Notes under the pieces: model-generated
The model's database searches: none
Seen by the model: only the letters and a program-made list of their open reading frames with translations
Told to the model about the DNA's origin: nothing
IMG/VR virus record: IMGVR_UViG_3300042305_002284
Span: 32,001-96,000 of that record
Origin: a virus
Reading direction: 5' to 3' (one strand)
Length of the DNA: 64,000 nt
Made by a program: the position numbers and the translations under genes
In this document: positions 21,201 through 29,069 of the stretch, in pieces
Layout: each line of letters starts with the position of its first letter
Numbering within the stretch: position 1 is the stretch's first letter

Positions 21201-21703
21201 CTTATAGCGAAGACGACTTCGCTGAACTTATGGATAGATTTGGTTCTACTCAATATTTCAAAGAGTTCAACTCCGAACTTGCTTTGAAACTAAGTATAAG
21301 AGCGGCGATATATGTTTTACAATATTATTGTCAAATGACCGATCCAAATATAAGCATCGCTCTATTGATAAGAAATGCTATAAAAATAGCACTTAGCGTA
21401 GCGTCGCAAATACCTGGAACGCAAGGAAATATACCAAGCGAACTTCCCCTTCCTCTTACTCCATTGGCAATATATTCCATGGCTCAACTACCAATAACTG
21501 TCTTTGGTGTTCCTCCTGTCGGAATAGGTGTTGGACCTCCACTAACAATACCGGGTATGGTATTACTTGGTGCCGAAGCACTATTACTTGCTCTCGAGTT
21601 TTCTTTTGATATGGATGCAAACTCTAATAATGAAAAGATAAATAAAGAACTGAAAGACATGTGCTTTGATTTGGCAGGATATAAAAAATACAGTATTGAA
21701 TAA
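15212..21703 (+). CDS. Very large (2163 aa) putative virion protein
   Basis: 6.5-kb uninterrupted ORF between the spike and gp25 genes, with coiled-coil segments and a hydrophobic Pro/Gly C-terminus. Confidence 0.7.
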   Translation: MMKNTISTSFRIDLSTIDQKIDKLIKFLQNSSIDLKDSGLVFKYTEPTYETIVSSLQNRKYKETLSEFIDNIYVNRFQNTKQKLIQQGVATETDFVFPTPMDDFGSTFDAFAATNTDPNNSILNILNVRPYRFLQVDIFDKEEIETYSTNAVSVIYDINKLTYSVSVLDTITTSYVDSLNFNFSFRNFAKEVEEKVLFIKTKAQIQQEQQPLSEQPVGDAPPSPDAEEQQEFLFSLTGVVAGANNAIQLINIYNESSFQDRNKLVPSGAQQLLTKYPRSEIASVVGQDLYDNQIANFNADKQYDSKTIETAKIKIIDYILKNEIQQVLEEKISATKFLNDFRSKYTNYNFFEGRLFGDGISKILPKEELFFRLTYLRETENIIVQQQEQLFSNLNVEFINRQFASLQSAFGPTQRNDKFVAMIGGTDIASSKNEVAFFQPTILSIISNIDFISLNINEIDPFYCPVPQSLQPSFNAQKANLRPSEYDKNNIQKFRHYVESNPAAFTHITFPDKYFIPNFLRGAEDFYESSKQTLTKNKMEQTILRYSKYYYSDDSETPAANIIRDQNISKLLQDSLLYNGFGPYNVKKNSFSDPLSIKPIINQLNNLSENAAAQIQSIVFARTNIACLLKEFQTCFMPQMGNCRDILRGFRFTELQQVIERAFPRSIYSTLYVSIEQFLIDNAKDERERALLRQIKDIEKQLKDSDRKAVAFAEMDKRKEPAEALNISDQQVAIGETNLSLEELYQQKLQEYKELKLNQETAETTQQDKIAARRQMQPDELQQIDQFLDFLEERGINTDILCSLVDLFNISPTFGTITLPELPQFDIYSEVKLGVNLAVAQLIIDTIVAFIVKILEELLTCGGIKNLLSAAITGEAGDSVSGAAAAALNQLSRSRFDLDEFVEKNPQVDPNIYARGMSDIVNRLPESVTAEENTAFFTTLDFGFGGEIKVDAKTRAQSILLSPKAVATTETEVKIALVGLIDSLARFLSPNQFMELVSGNAEKNTITQVSTYIQQNQPQLSYLSSPSIVRSMFSYIGRISGLDSVRNELLSVSTFYITNRPRQEQLVCLDPTSTEIIDDDRTLDDDGTSTIVDFIQPTPDDKYRELLEELLTASPNTLKNKVDEEIFKPLLMGMLPNGKKLSSVDKAKKSIIKSAFDITSNEFKEKTNDLYSKLVYKKQVTREVEKIKKIKNEEGQENQIENEEYKDLVNKGGYTPDYSQPINVTEKKYVYGGLFTENFIKSSKNLDISSSLEQLKVSLNGNVGYKDDQEEQVNSSLGKKWKFENTINTTGSVYKFFENNREKFSYITPTTEANILSQTRNTRQQFNAELKLSVGSATNGNINDLLFQQYTNKAYSDFISLIYEKITSFISKDGLLQPMNLASMSGESYITGISNNLAGIFPGFENIASALANLPPMVSPFVDTPMKYINFSPKPTREQKNNNIDPSLYGKLEVEQLVYNILEKREKEIINLKTLQEALKDDDNNINFSLIDGMYFSLIRGICIELTMRAIFPLRVFKFDKSIIEDLMMPTYGSDILYAEIQQYANSINKSSMVELTQKHIAYLHDFVYESKMSAEENSKLFTEINEIKSKIVKLEEDKDIVSSYYGKFYTTINLSQQDREYKQKLTTYLSCLKQEIAHYKEKLCKLQMRNLIYNEMVVVLDKLSYLTSTNEKVRSELGVECQERDNNEQQVSLQTLITDALLRSSLHEVTSILPAGNLSLNTKNEGAFLSLQDKKFANSINLILEHYVEAPFIKTQYSSQRQEQIQRKSFGVITFLQFQTLIQALQLREDENIAQYFSGPLKYGMRMIYAPSTAITQETSVEYSDTEGLDATYQNIKNQNKNKFIIFGDNNQKSGLDFVLQEQTPINEYQKTYSIPYLTNADTEGKRKLGLINVFPIVTEVLELSSIGVSTVSQTKEFITAVANTDSNRYTDLLKVRLNCNGKLANFYKLLTNNNLLSNMMIFSSIGILGNEEIKLNFSSPRTKLMSRIVTKLTYTYSEDDFAELMDRFGSTQYFKEFNSELALKLSIRAAIYVLQYYCQMTDPNISIALLIRNAIKIALSVASQIPGTQGNIPSELPLPLTPLAIYSMAQLPITVFGVPPVGIGVGPPLTIPGMVLLGAEALLLALEFSFDMDANSNNEKINKELKDMCFDLAGYKKYSIE

Positions 21704-21727
21704 CTAAATAATATAGGAAATGTATAA

Positions 21728-22120
21728 ATGGCTGGATTTGGACCAAAACTACCACTAAAACTCGGAACAGAACAGGGTTACACACTGATTTCTGATCTGA
21801 AAAATCTAAGTAAGCAAAACTTTTTGATGCTTCTCCTAACAAATCCTGGGGAAAGAATAATGGATAACAACTTTGGTGTTGGTGTTCGTAGGTTGTTATT
21901 TGAAAATAACAGTGCTCTATTTAGATCAAACTTTGAACAGAGGTTGAGAACCCAGGCGCAGGAATATGTTCCCTATATAACTGTTACAAATGTTGACTAT
22001 TCTAATAGTAATGAAGATGGATATCTGCTCAGTGTAAAAATAACTTACTTTATTGTTCCTCTTGGCGAACTTGTGAATGTAACAATAGAAGCAAATGGAA
22101 ACATTGTAAGTTCTTCATAG
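21728..22120 (+). CDS. Baseplate wedge subunit, gp25/GPW family
   Basis: QNFLMLLLTNPGERIMDNNFGVGVRRLLFE signature. Confidence 0.92.
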   Translation: MAGFGPKLPLKLGTEQGYTLISDLKNLSKQNFLMLLLTNPGERIMDNNFGVGVRRLLFENNSALFRSNFEQRLRTQAQEYVPYITVTNVDYSNSNEDGYLLSVKITYFIVPLGELVNVTIEANGNIVSSS

Positions 22121-22125
22121 TGTTC

Positions 22126-22133
22126 TATTTATA
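22126..22133 (+). promoter_or_regulatory. Putative late promoter TATTTATA
   Basis: cTATTTATAg followed by RBS GAGG and the gp6-like start. Confidence 0.55.
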
Positions 22134-22148
22134 GTAGAGGAATACTTG

Positions 22149-23951
22149 ATGCCCAAAAAGAACATACCAATAGACTACTCAGCCAGAGACTTTCAAAGTA
22201 TCAAAAATGCTCTTGTAGAGCACGCTAAAAAATACTACCCAGATACCTACAAAGATTTTAGCGAAGTTGGCTTTGGCAGTTTGATGCTAGATACTGTTGC
22301 TTATATTGGTGATAATCTTTCTTTTTATTTAGACTATACAGCAAATGAAACCTTTTTGGATACGGCATCAGAGTTTGACAACATTCTCAAACTTTCAAAA
22401 CCTTTTGGATACAAATATAGCGAAAACCCATCATCGCACGGTATAGCAACATTTTATATACTTGTTCCAGCAAATAGTTTTGCGACAGCGCCAGATCCAA
22501 ACTATTTACCTATTCTAAAAAAGAACAGCACATTTACCAACAGAACTGGAACTTCATTTTCTCTTGTAGAGGATGTGTTTTTCAATAGAGAAGAAAATGA
22601 AGTTGTTGTTGGTTCCGTAAATGAAGATACCGGCTTGCCAGAAACATATGCCGTAAAAGCAAATGGTAAAGTTCAATCTGGATATCTTACACAGACCTTT
22701 TACGAAGTTGGCGAGTTTCAAAGATTTCTAAAAATACAAGTAAATATAGATTTCCTCACGGACATTATTTCGGTAACTGACGCAGACGGAAATGAATATT
22801 ATGAAGTTGATTATCTTAGTCAAGATATTGTATATCGTCCCATAATAAACAGAGATAATAACGACGAGAACTCCGAAGTAAAAAGCATACTAAAACCATT
22901 CTCTGTTCCAAGAAGATTTGTTGTTATTAGAGAAAGAGATAAAACATTTTTACAGTTTGGAACAGGCGATGCTTCGTCTGATACATACAACAGTGAGTTG
23001 GTTGATCCCGCTTCTGTGACAATAGATGTTTATGGGAAAAACTATGTTACCGATAAAGAGTTTGATCCAAATAATCTAATAAAAACTGATAAACTTGGTG
23101 TTGTTCCATCAAATACAACATTAAGAATAATAGTTAGAGCAAACACCTCAAATAATGTAAATACCGGTGCAGGAACCATTACAAGTGTTGGTAGCGCTAT
23201 ATTTGATTTTGGTGATACAAGAAATCTAAATGGAACCCTTGTAAACAATGTTCGTTCATCGCTTGAAGTAAACAATGAAGAACCAATCGTTGGAGATACT
23301 CCACAGGTAACACCAGAGGAGTTGAAGTTTAGAGTTTATAATACATTTGGTGCTCAAAATAGAGCAGTCACAGAAAAAGACTATGAAGCGCTCATGTATA
23401 ATATGCCACCGGAGTTTGGTAGTGTAAAAAGAGCAAGTATTGTTAGAGACTATAACTCTTTCAAAAGAAATATAAATATCTACGTAGTCTCGCAAGATTC
23501 CGCTGGAAAACTTACCAACTCAAATACCGTTCTAAAAGAAAATGTAAAAGTTTGGCTAAATAAAAACAAAATGGTGAATGATACTATTGATATTTTAGAT
23601 GCTAAAATAGTCAATCTTTCTATAAAGTTTAGTGTTGTTTCGGATATAGAGGCAGATAATGCAGAGGTTCTAAGAAACTGCATCTCTGCTCTTGAAACAG
23701 AATATTCAAAAACAAAGTTTATTGGCGAAGCGTTTTTTATAAGTGATGTTTACAATATTTTGAAAACTGTTCAAGGTGTAAATGATGTAAAAAATGTAAA
23801 AGTAGAACAAAAAAGTGGCATTGATTATTCTGATGTGTTTTTTGATATAAACCGTTTTATGTCAAGAGATGGTAGATATATAGAGGCGCCAAAAAATATT
23901 ATATTTGAAATAAAGTTTCCTCGTTCTGATATTTATGGAGAGATTAGTTGA
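22149..23951 (+). CDS. Baseplate wedge subunit, T4 gp6 / baseplate J-like
   Basis: IDYSARDFQSIK, YKDFSE..G..MLD..AY.GD.LSFYLD...NE.FL.TA, LQFGTG and AQNRAVTEKDY motifs. Confidence 0.88.
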   Translation: MPKKNIPIDYSARDFQSIKNALVEHAKKYYPDTYKDFSEVGFGSLMLDTVAYIGDNLSFYLDYTANETFLDTASEFDNILKLSKPFGYKYSENPSSHGIATFYILVPANSFATAPDPNYLPILKKNSTFTNRTGTSFSLVEDVFFNREENEVVVGSVNEDTGLPETYAVKANGKVQSGYLTQTFYEVGEFQRFLKIQVNIDFLTDIISVTDADGNEYYEVDYLSQDIVYRPIINRDNNDENSEVKSILKPFSVPRRFVVIRERDKTFLQFGTGDASSDTYNSELVDPASVTIDVYGKNYVTDKEFDPNNLIKTDKLGVVPSNTTLRIIVRANTSNNVNTGAGTITSVGSAIFDFGDTRNLNGTLVNNVRSSLEVNNEEPIVGDTPQVTPEELKFRVYNTFGAQNRAVTEKDYEALMYNMPPEFGSVKRASIVRDYNSFKRNINIYVVSQDSAGKLTNSNTVLKENVKVWLNKNKMVNDTIDILDAKIVNLSIKFSVVSDIEADNAEVLRNCISALETEYSKTKFIGEAFFISDVYNILKTVQGVNDVKNVKVEQKSGIDYSDVFFDINRFMSRDGRYIEAPKNIIFEIKFPRSDIYGEIS

Positions 23952-25375
23952 TGTCTATCAAAAGATATATAGCAGAAAAAGATACGATGATAACTGATGC
24001 TTACAAGCAGAATCAGTTGACTCGCGGAACAAATGCAAACATGGGCGCCTCCGATGTTCTTGAAATCTTTTCCATATATGGACAAGTAACAACAAGTTCG
24101 TATGAAAAAGCAAGAATATTAATACAGTTTCCCATTCAAAACATTATAAATGATAGAAATAATAAAACAATAGCAGTAAGTGGTAGTTGTCAGTTTATTC
24201 TCAAACTAAGCAACGCTTCACACAGCGAATCAACACCAGAAAACATTACTGTTTCCGTAGCAGCAGTATCTGGTGCGTGGGAAGAGGGTCACGGTCTCGA
24301 TCTTGAAGGATATACAGATGTTGGAGTTGCCAACTGGTTGAGCGCTTCTTCTACTGCCGCATGGGCTTCACAAGGTGGAGATACTTATGCCGGCTCAATA
24401 CAGCAAACTATTGTAGAAGTCACAGATGACCTTGAAGTCGACATAACAAGTTTTGTTGAAGAGTGGATCGGTGGAACTAGGCCAAATAACGGTTTACTTA
24501 TTTCTCTTGATGCCGCACTGGAAGCAGATACTCAATCTTATTATACTAAAAAGTTTTTTGCAAGAAGAAGTCAGTTTTTTTACAAAAGACCATGGATAGA
24601 GGCGAGAAGCAACAGTTCAGTAAAGGATAAAAGAAATAGTTTTTATCTTAGTAGTGATTTACTTCCCTCGGAAGATAATCTAAATACATTATTTTTATAC
24701 AATAGTGTAAGGGGTCAACTAAAAAACATACCATCAGTTGGCACAGGAACGCTACTGGTTAGAATGTATTCTGGCTCATTTGACGAAGGTCCGACCGGTC
24801 CTCCTCTTATCCTTTTGAACGGTCCCGGAACTGCTGTGACTGGCGGATATTATTCAACCGGTGTATATACAGCATCAGTTGGTCTTAGTGGCTCTTTTAC
24901 TTGTTTGTATGATGTGTGGCAAACATTTTCTGGCTCACAAATATATACAGGTTCAGCAATAGTTCCAGCAACATATGACCCGGCAGAAGTTCAAGATATA
25001 CCAGAATATGTTTTGACAATACCAACTCTAAAACAATCTTATAGAAGCAAAGAGTTAGCAAGATTCAGAGTAGATGTAAAAGAAAGGCAGTGGGATTCAA
25101 ACATATATCACATTGCGGCATATGAACCAGATAAAACAATAGTTGAAAATCTTTATTATAGAGTGATAAGGTTAGCAGATAACTATGAAGTTGTATCTTA
25201 TGGAACAGGTTCTACAAAGCACACTTTGACTTCTTACGATCTTGAAGGAAACTATTTTGATCTTGATATGAGTTTGTTTGAGTCAGGATATGCATATAAG
25301 TTGTATTTTGGTTTTGACTATAATGGTTCTTTTTATGAAATAAAACATACTTTCAAGTTTAGGGTTGATAAATAA
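23951..25375 (+). CDS. Putative baseplate/tail structural protein (DNRLRE-like N-terminal domain possible)
   Basis: AEKDTMI...RILIQF...WEEG.G...W...GGD...VDITSFVEEW...NNGLLI pattern; located in the baseplate block. Confidence 0.6.
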   Translation: MSIKRYIAEKDTMITDAYKQNQLTRGTNANMGASDVLEIFSIYGQVTTSSYEKARILIQFPIQNIINDRNNKTIAVSGSCQFILKLSNASHSESTPENITVSVAAVSGAWEEGHGLDLEGYTDVGVANWLSASSTAAWASQGGDTYAGSIQQTIVEVTDDLEVDITSFVEEWIGGTRPNNGLLISLDAALEADTQSYYTKKFFARRSQFFYKRPWIEARSNSSVKDKRNSFYLSSDLLPSEDNLNTLFLYNSVRGQLKNIPSVGTGTLLVRMYSGSFDEGPTGPPLILLNGPGTAVTGGYYSTGVYTASVGLSGSFTCLYDVWQTFSGSQIYTGSAIVPATYDPAEVQDIPEYVLTIPTLKQSYRSKELARFRVDVKERQWDSNIYHIAAYEPDKTIVENLYYRVIRLADNYEVVSYGTGSTKHTLTSYDLEGNYFDLDMSLFESGYAYKLYFGFDYNGSFYEIKHTFKFRVDK

Positions 25376-28300
25376 TGTCTATAAAAGATCTATTTGGTAA
25401 AAAATCTACAAAAATACTTTCTTCTACAAATCTTGAAGACCTATCTGCCGATGTTGAGTCGGAAGAATATGTCGTTCAAGAACTTGAAGAAAGAAAACTT
25501 ATAAAACCAGATATAGATTATACAGACCCTAAAAACTTTGCTTTCTATGGTTCGGCAAATAAATACTATACTGATGCGATAGAGGGAATAGCAAAAAAAT
25601 ATCCATATGATGGAAGTGCAGCAGAAAAAATAAAATGGAAAAAAGACTCATCCGATTTACAAAACTATATTTTTGACAATGAATATCCAAAAAATACCGG
25701 ATATATAAACATTGGTTATACATATGGCATAACCTCTTCTGTTTCAACAGATCAGTATTCAAATCCGATAACAAAAGAATATATTTCTGTAAAAGGCGGC
25801 CCAAATGCACCCATTGAAACAACTACAAAAACCTCTCAACTGTTCGGAACTTCAAATATTTTAGATGTATCCGAGAACAGAGAGAGCAATCTACTAATAG
25901 ATGGAAACAAAGGTCTGACCTTGGAGTTCTGGCTAAAAAAAGATAATATTAGTGGAAGCAAAAAGCAAGTAATATTTGATTTATGGAATAGTTCAAGTTT
26001 CGGCAGCGACTACGGCAGATTCAGAGCAGAAATACGTCCAGGAATATCTGGTGAAGAAAATAAAATATTTATTGAACTATCTTCTGGTTCAAATGGAGTT
26101 TTACAAACAAGTTTGGGACAAGGCTTATCCCTGAACAATGCTGAGTGGCAACATTTTTCCATATCTGCCATAAACTCTGGCAGTAACCTACAAATAAGAT
26201 TGTATAAAAATGGTATTCTAAACGATAGTGCTATAACAGGAAGTTCAATAGATAGAGTATATGGTCCAATGCTTGGCTGGATAGGTTCTCTTGGAGCACA
26301 AGTTAGCGGTGGCAATGCAGCGCTTGGTTATGGAAAACTTTCTGGCTCATTAGATGAGTTTCGTTATTGGAAGACAAAAAGAACAGAAAAAGATATTGCT
26401 CGCTATTGGTTTACAAATATAAACGGTGGAACCAATACAGATACAGCCAACACTGAACTCGGGGTCTATTATAAGTTCAACGAGGGTGTTTACAACACAT
26501 CATCAGTTGATACAAAATATGATAATAAAGTATTAGATTATTCTGGTCGTTTTTCAAATGGAGTTTGGACTGGTTATACTCTTGGTTCGCGCTCTACTTC
26601 TTCTGCGATAGTAGAGTCTGCGGCAGCAGAAACAGAACAAAAAGATCCTGTTATTTACTTATCTCATCCAGATGTTCAAAGTCTGCTGATAGAAAAACAA
26701 GAACTTGGAACCCTACACGACAATAATAACAGTGCCATGATATACTACACTATCCCAGCGTGGATAGTTGAAGACGATCAAGAAAACGATAGCAATAAAC
26801 TATACGAACTTACACAAATAATAGGTTCTTATTTTGACGAAGTCTTTATAAAAATAAAGCATCTTCCATCAATAAAAGAAGTGTCATACAAGAACGGAAG
26901 ACCTTTTCCCTATGCAATAAAACTACTTGAATCAATGGGCTTTGCCACACAAGATCTGTTTACAAACTCGAGCGTATTGGAAAATCTTGGAAATAGAAAC
27001 GAAACTTCTCTTTATGAAGATAGATTGTTCAATGTAAAAAATCATATATATCAAAACATATACAACAATCTTTCCTATATTCAAAAGAGCAAGGGAACAG
27101 AAAAATCAATAAGAAACCTATTGAGATGTTTTGGTGTTGATGAAGAACTTGTAAAGTTCAACATATATTCAAACGATTCCGTCTATACTTTTGATGACAA
27201 GTATCTCAATACATACTATAAAAAGAAAATCATAAACTTCAATGACCCAGACAGAGTCCAAGGTTCAGTTTACCAGATGACTTCAAGTCTTGACCCAAGT
27301 TCAACTTCGTTTATACAAGGAAACTTAGAACTTGCTTATCATGGCAGCACAATAGAGGCAGAGATAATAACTCCACTATCTTTTGCTCCTTCTGAAAAAC
27401 TTTATTTTCCTAAAAACTTTATAACTTCTTCTATATTTGGTTTACATTCAGCTAATCCGTCATCTCCTGGTAATACAACCTGGTTTGGTTCAGACCTTTC
27501 AAGTTTACAAGTATATTTGATAAAGCCTGAAATGGATTCGCCAGATGGATACTTCTATCTCACTTCCTCTCTTGGATTTACACTAACTTCTTCACTCATA
27601 AGAGATATTTATACAAATCAAAAATGGAATCTTTCTGTAAAAATAAAACACGAAAAATATCCAAATAGTCTAAAAGTTGTTGGGGGAACAACAGGAAGTT
27701 ATATTTTTGAGTTCCTTGCCATAAATACAATACAAGATTTTATACAAAATGAAATATCTCTTACTGCATCTGTAAGTCAAGCAGCCGGCGAGAACTATTT
27801 TGCCGATTCAAAGCGTCTTTATGTTGGCAGTCATAGAACAAACTTTACTGGTTCTATCTTGCAAAATAGCGATATAAAAGTTTCAAGCGTTAGATATTGG
27901 CTTTCATATCTTGAAGATGACATACTTAGACAACACGCGAAAGATCCAACAATATATGGCCCAGAATCGCCTATAAATAACTTAGAGACACTTTACAGTG
28001 GCGGTGTAGGGGAAATACCACAAAGCAAAACGTTAGCCTTACATTGGGATTTTAATCTTGTTACTGGTTCTGATAATGGAAGCGGAACAGGTCCATCAAA
28101 CACATTTGATGGAAAGTTTCAAGTAATAGATGTATCAAGTGCCTCTTTACCAAGCACATATGGCATAATAGGGCAAATAACAAATAATACTCATACAGGT
28201 CGCGGAGATTTCTTTTTTAGAAACAACAACGAAATGGTTGAAAACTCATATATCTCCATAGCAAAACACAGATTGCCGGAAAACTTGATGAGTTCTGATT

Positions 28301-29055
28301 TGATAAACATACTCCAAACAGATGATGAAATATTCACAAGAGATAGTAGGTCAATAAACTATTTCTTTGCCCTTGAAAAAAGTATGTATCAAACAATATC
28401 AGAGGAAATGATAAAGTTCTTTGGAACAATAACTGACTTCAATAATATTATTGGCAAGCCACAATACAGATACGAGAGAGAATATCGCGACTTGGTAAAA
28501 CTAAGAGAAATGTTTTTCCAAAATGTTTCAAACTCTCCGGATTTAGAAAAATATGTTGATTATTTCAAATGGATTGATACATCAATAACCAAAATGATAT
28601 ACCAACTTGTGCCAGCAAGTGCTGATTTTTCTCCAAATATTTCAGATGTAGTGGAAAGTCATGTTTTAGAAAGAAATAAATATGCTTGGAAACTTCCTTC
28701 CATTGAACTAGGCGCCGAGCCGCCAATAACTTCTGTAAAAACCATTGGACAACTAAAATATAACTGGAAATATGGCCACGCACCCATTCCGCTAAATCAA
28801 AATAGAAACTGTCTTTGGTGGAAAGAAAGAAGTGAAAGAACGCCAGAACTTGATGGTATATTCCAAGCGTTATCAAGTGCTTATAAAAGAAAGTTTACAG
28901 AAGTGGCACATCTCGGAACAGATATCCAAATAGAAGTAAATAAAAATCCAAGCAACTTGGATGTTATAAAACCTATAACAAAAATCGGTTCAGGTGGATA
29001 TTTAGAAATCGATATACTCAAAGTTATCGAGAAAAAAGATTGTTTGGACGAATAA
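25375..29055 (+). CDS. Large baseplate/tail protein with LamG-like domains (gp7/gpI-like segment)
   Basis: LamG motifs TLEFWLK, WQHFSIS, LYKNG and LSGSLDEFRYW; KSKGTEKSIRNLLRCFG resembles baseplate gp7/P2 gpI motifs. Confidence 0.7.
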   Translation: MSIKDLFGKKSTKILSSTNLEDLSADVESEEYVVQELEERKLIKPDIDYTDPKNFAFYGSANKYYTDAIEGIAKKYPYDGSAAEKIKWKKDSSDLQNYIFDNEYPKNTGYINIGYTYGITSSVSTDQYSNPITKEYISVKGGPNAPIETTTKTSQLFGTSNILDVSENRESNLLIDGNKGLTLEFWLKKDNISGSKKQVIFDLWNSSSFGSDYGRFRAEIRPGISGEENKIFIELSSGSNGVLQTSLGQGLSLNNAEWQHFSISAINSGSNLQIRLYKNGILNDSAITGSSIDRVYGPMLGWIGSLGAQVSGGNAALGYGKLSGSLDEFRYWKTKRTEKDIARYWFTNINGGTNTDTANTELGVYYKFNEGVYNTSSVDTKYDNKVLDYSGRFSNGVWTGYTLGSRSTSSAIVESAAAETEQKDPVIYLSHPDVQSLLIEKQELGTLHDNNNSAMIYYTIPAWIVEDDQENDSNKLYELTQIIGSYFDEVFIKIKHLPSIKEVSYKNGRPFPYAIKLLESMGFATQDLFTNSSVLENLGNRNETSLYEDRLFNVKNHIYQNIYNNLSYIQKSKGTEKSIRNLLRCFGVDEELVKFNIYSNDSVYTFDDKYLNTYYKKKIINFNDPDRVQGSVYQMTSSLDPSSTSFIQGNLELAYHGSTIEAEIITPLSFAPSEKLYFPKNFITSSIFGLHSANPSSPGNTTWFGSDLSSLQVYLIKPEMDSPDGYFYLTSSLGFTLTSSLIRDIYTNQKWNLSVKIKHEKYPNSLKVVGGTTGSYIFEFLAINTIQDFIQNEISLTASVSQAAGENYFADSKRLYVGSHRTNFTGSILQNSDIKVSSVRYWLSYLEDDILRQHAKDPTIYGPESPINNLETLYSGGVGEIPQSKTLALHWDFNLVTGSDNGSGTGPSNTFDGKFQVIDVSSASLPSTYGIIGQITNNTHTGRGDFFFRNNNEMVENSYISIAKHRLPENLMSSDLINILQTDDEIFTRDSRSINYFFALEKSMYQTISEEMIKFFGTITDFNNIIGKPQYRYEREYRDLVKLREMFFQNVSNSPDLEKYVDYFKWIDTSITKMIYQLVPASADFSPNISDVVESHVLERNKYAWKLPSIELGAEPPITSVKTIGQLKYNWKYGHAPIPLNQNRNCLWWKERSERTPELDGIFQALSSAYKRKFTEVAHLGTDIQIEVNKNPSNLDVIKPITKIGSGGYLEIDILKVIEKKDCLDE

Positions 29056-29069
29056 GGTAGGAGAATATA

